Positions 63,304 to 64,000 of a DNA stretch of 64,000 nucleotides are shown in pieces. Numbering within the stretch: the stretch's first letter is position 1; each line of letters begins with the position of its first letter. The position numbers and the translations under genes are program-made. The notes under the pieces are model-generated. The model was not told the origin of the DNA. It did not search any database and saw only the letters and a program-made list of their open reading frames with translations. Source of the DNA: Candidatus Vogelbacteria bacterium (lineage in GTDB: Bacteria > Patescibacteriota > Minisyncoccia > Phycocordibacterales > XYD1-FULL-46-19); assembly GCA_903878275.1 (NCBI GenBank), contig CAIRHC010000006.1, positions 15,633 through 79,632 of the forward strand, in the 5' to 3' direction.

Positions 63304-63738
63304 CTATTCTCCAGAAACAGCACTGCAACCGCTTGCCAAAGTATAACCTTTTGCCTTAGCTTCGGCTTCGGTCAAAACTAGGCGATTTGAAGCCTTGATT
63401 GTCTTGGCACCGGGACACCATGGAAAATGATATTTTTTGCCCCGACTAGACACAATGACCGAGCCCATTTGATATTCAGGAGTTGCCACTTCCGCCACGA
63501 CATTTGTCGCCTCTTTGGTCGCAGTCGGTTCCGCGACAGAAGGAATATCGGCTTCTGCCGTGCTGGTAGCCAAAGCATTCTCGATCCGAATCGGCACTTT
63601 TGCCTCCTCTATTTTTGACAACCGCCCGAGCCCAAACGCCAAGAGCGCCACAATGACCAGCAATAGGCCGAAAAACATCTCCTTTTCGTTAGCCAAGAAA
63701 AAATCCTTTACTTTTCCGCTATTTTCTTTTATACTCAT
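63304..63738 (-). CDS. membrane-anchored protein with C-terminal Ada-like Cys4 zinc-binding motif domain
   Basis: Start at the internal ATG (MSIKENSG...). TM FFGLLLVIVALLAFGLG. C-terminal KKYHFPWCPGAKTIKASNRLVLTEAEAKAKGYTLASGCSA resembles the Ada metal-binding domain pattern (YCRPSCPA...N..F..EA.AAGFRPCKRC). Confidence 0.5.
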   Translation of the reverse strand: MSIKENSGKVKDFFLANEKEMFFGLLLVIVALLAFGLGRLSKIEEAKVPIRIENALATSTAEADIPSVAEPTATKEATNVVAEVATPEYQMGSVIVSSRGKKYHFPWCPGAKTIKASNRLVLTEAEAKAKGYTLASGCSAVSGE

Positions 63739-63779
63739 AAGGTAAAATTCATTAGATATTTTAACATTAAATAACCAAT

Positions 63780-64000
63780 ATGGCACATAGAAAAGCTGGC
63801 GGTACCGCCAAAAACTTAAGAGATTCCCAACCAAAGTACCTCGGTACAAAGCTTTATGATGGCGAAATTGCTCGAGTTGGTAGCATTATTGTCCGCCAGC
63901 GAGGCACCGTCATCAAGGCTGGCAAAAATGTCAAAGTTGGCAAAGATCACACTTTGTTCGCGGTCAAAGAAGGCAAAGTAAAATTCGGTTCAGCCAAAAA
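63780..64000 (+). CDS. rpmA: 50S ribosomal protein L27 (3' end beyond window)
   Basis: [43 protein letters not shown]... matches the L27 consensus. Confidence 0.85.
   Translation, partial: MAHRKAGGTAKNLRDSQPKYLGTKLYDGEIARVGSIIVRQRGTVIKAGKNVKVGKDHTLFAVKEGKVKFGSAK

Noticed and set aside
1-64000. CRISPR arrays, rRNA genes, IS transposases.
   Set aside because: No direct-repeat/spacer periodicity, no rRNA-like conserved stretches and no transposase-like ORFs were seen on reading both strands.

Overview
The window is a 64-kb piece of a compact, AT-rich bacterial chromosome. Its gene content suggests a CPR/Patescibacteria-like lineage: archaeal-type AspRS, a short AlaRS lacking the C-Ala domain, many small hypothetical proteins and type-IV-pilus-like genes. 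Almost all genes are on the + strand.

Positions 1-7371 look like an integrated replicative mobile element. It carries hypothetical genes, a 174-aa minimal family-X DNA polymerase (ASFV PolX-like), a PrimPol/SF3-helicase replicase and a large serine recombinase. The recombinase 3' end overlaps a minus-strand tRNA-Ala(TGC).

Downstream of the element:
- a 1207-aa Ser/Thr-rich surface protein with HYR-like and Ig-like repeats (7550-11173)
- a GIY-YIG nuclease next to tRNA-Ala(GGC), followed by a partial tRNA-like copy that contains a 36-nt perfect hairpin
- housekeeping genes: M23 peptidase, ychF, leuS (with an inserted serine-hydrolase domain), mltG, mnmA
- a GC-rich island (consensus sigma70 promoter, structured leader, 190-aa ORF, terminator), then alaS, GNAT and NUDIX genes and a PilM-like gene
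- a ribosomal/RNAP block: infA, rpmJ, rpsM, rpsK, rpsD, rpoA, rplQ, rplM, rpsI
- grpE, dnaK, dnaJ, a GreA-like gene, pyrD, a ValRS-like gene, an aminotransferase
- a three-gene cluster: adenylating ligase, SagB-like nitroreductase, E1/ThiF-like enzyme
- a histidine kinase, trpS, aspS, scpAB, and a cell-wall block (dacA-like, mraY, ftsW, murG), gltX, an EnvC-like M23 peptidase
- an unusually non-coding, inverted-repeat-rich 2-kb stretch (61.2-63.3 kb). It contains a lysozyme-like gene and a promoter-operator-terminator cassette encoding two paralogous Cys-rich microproteins
- the 5' end of rpmA at the window edge

No CRISPR array or rRNA was seen.
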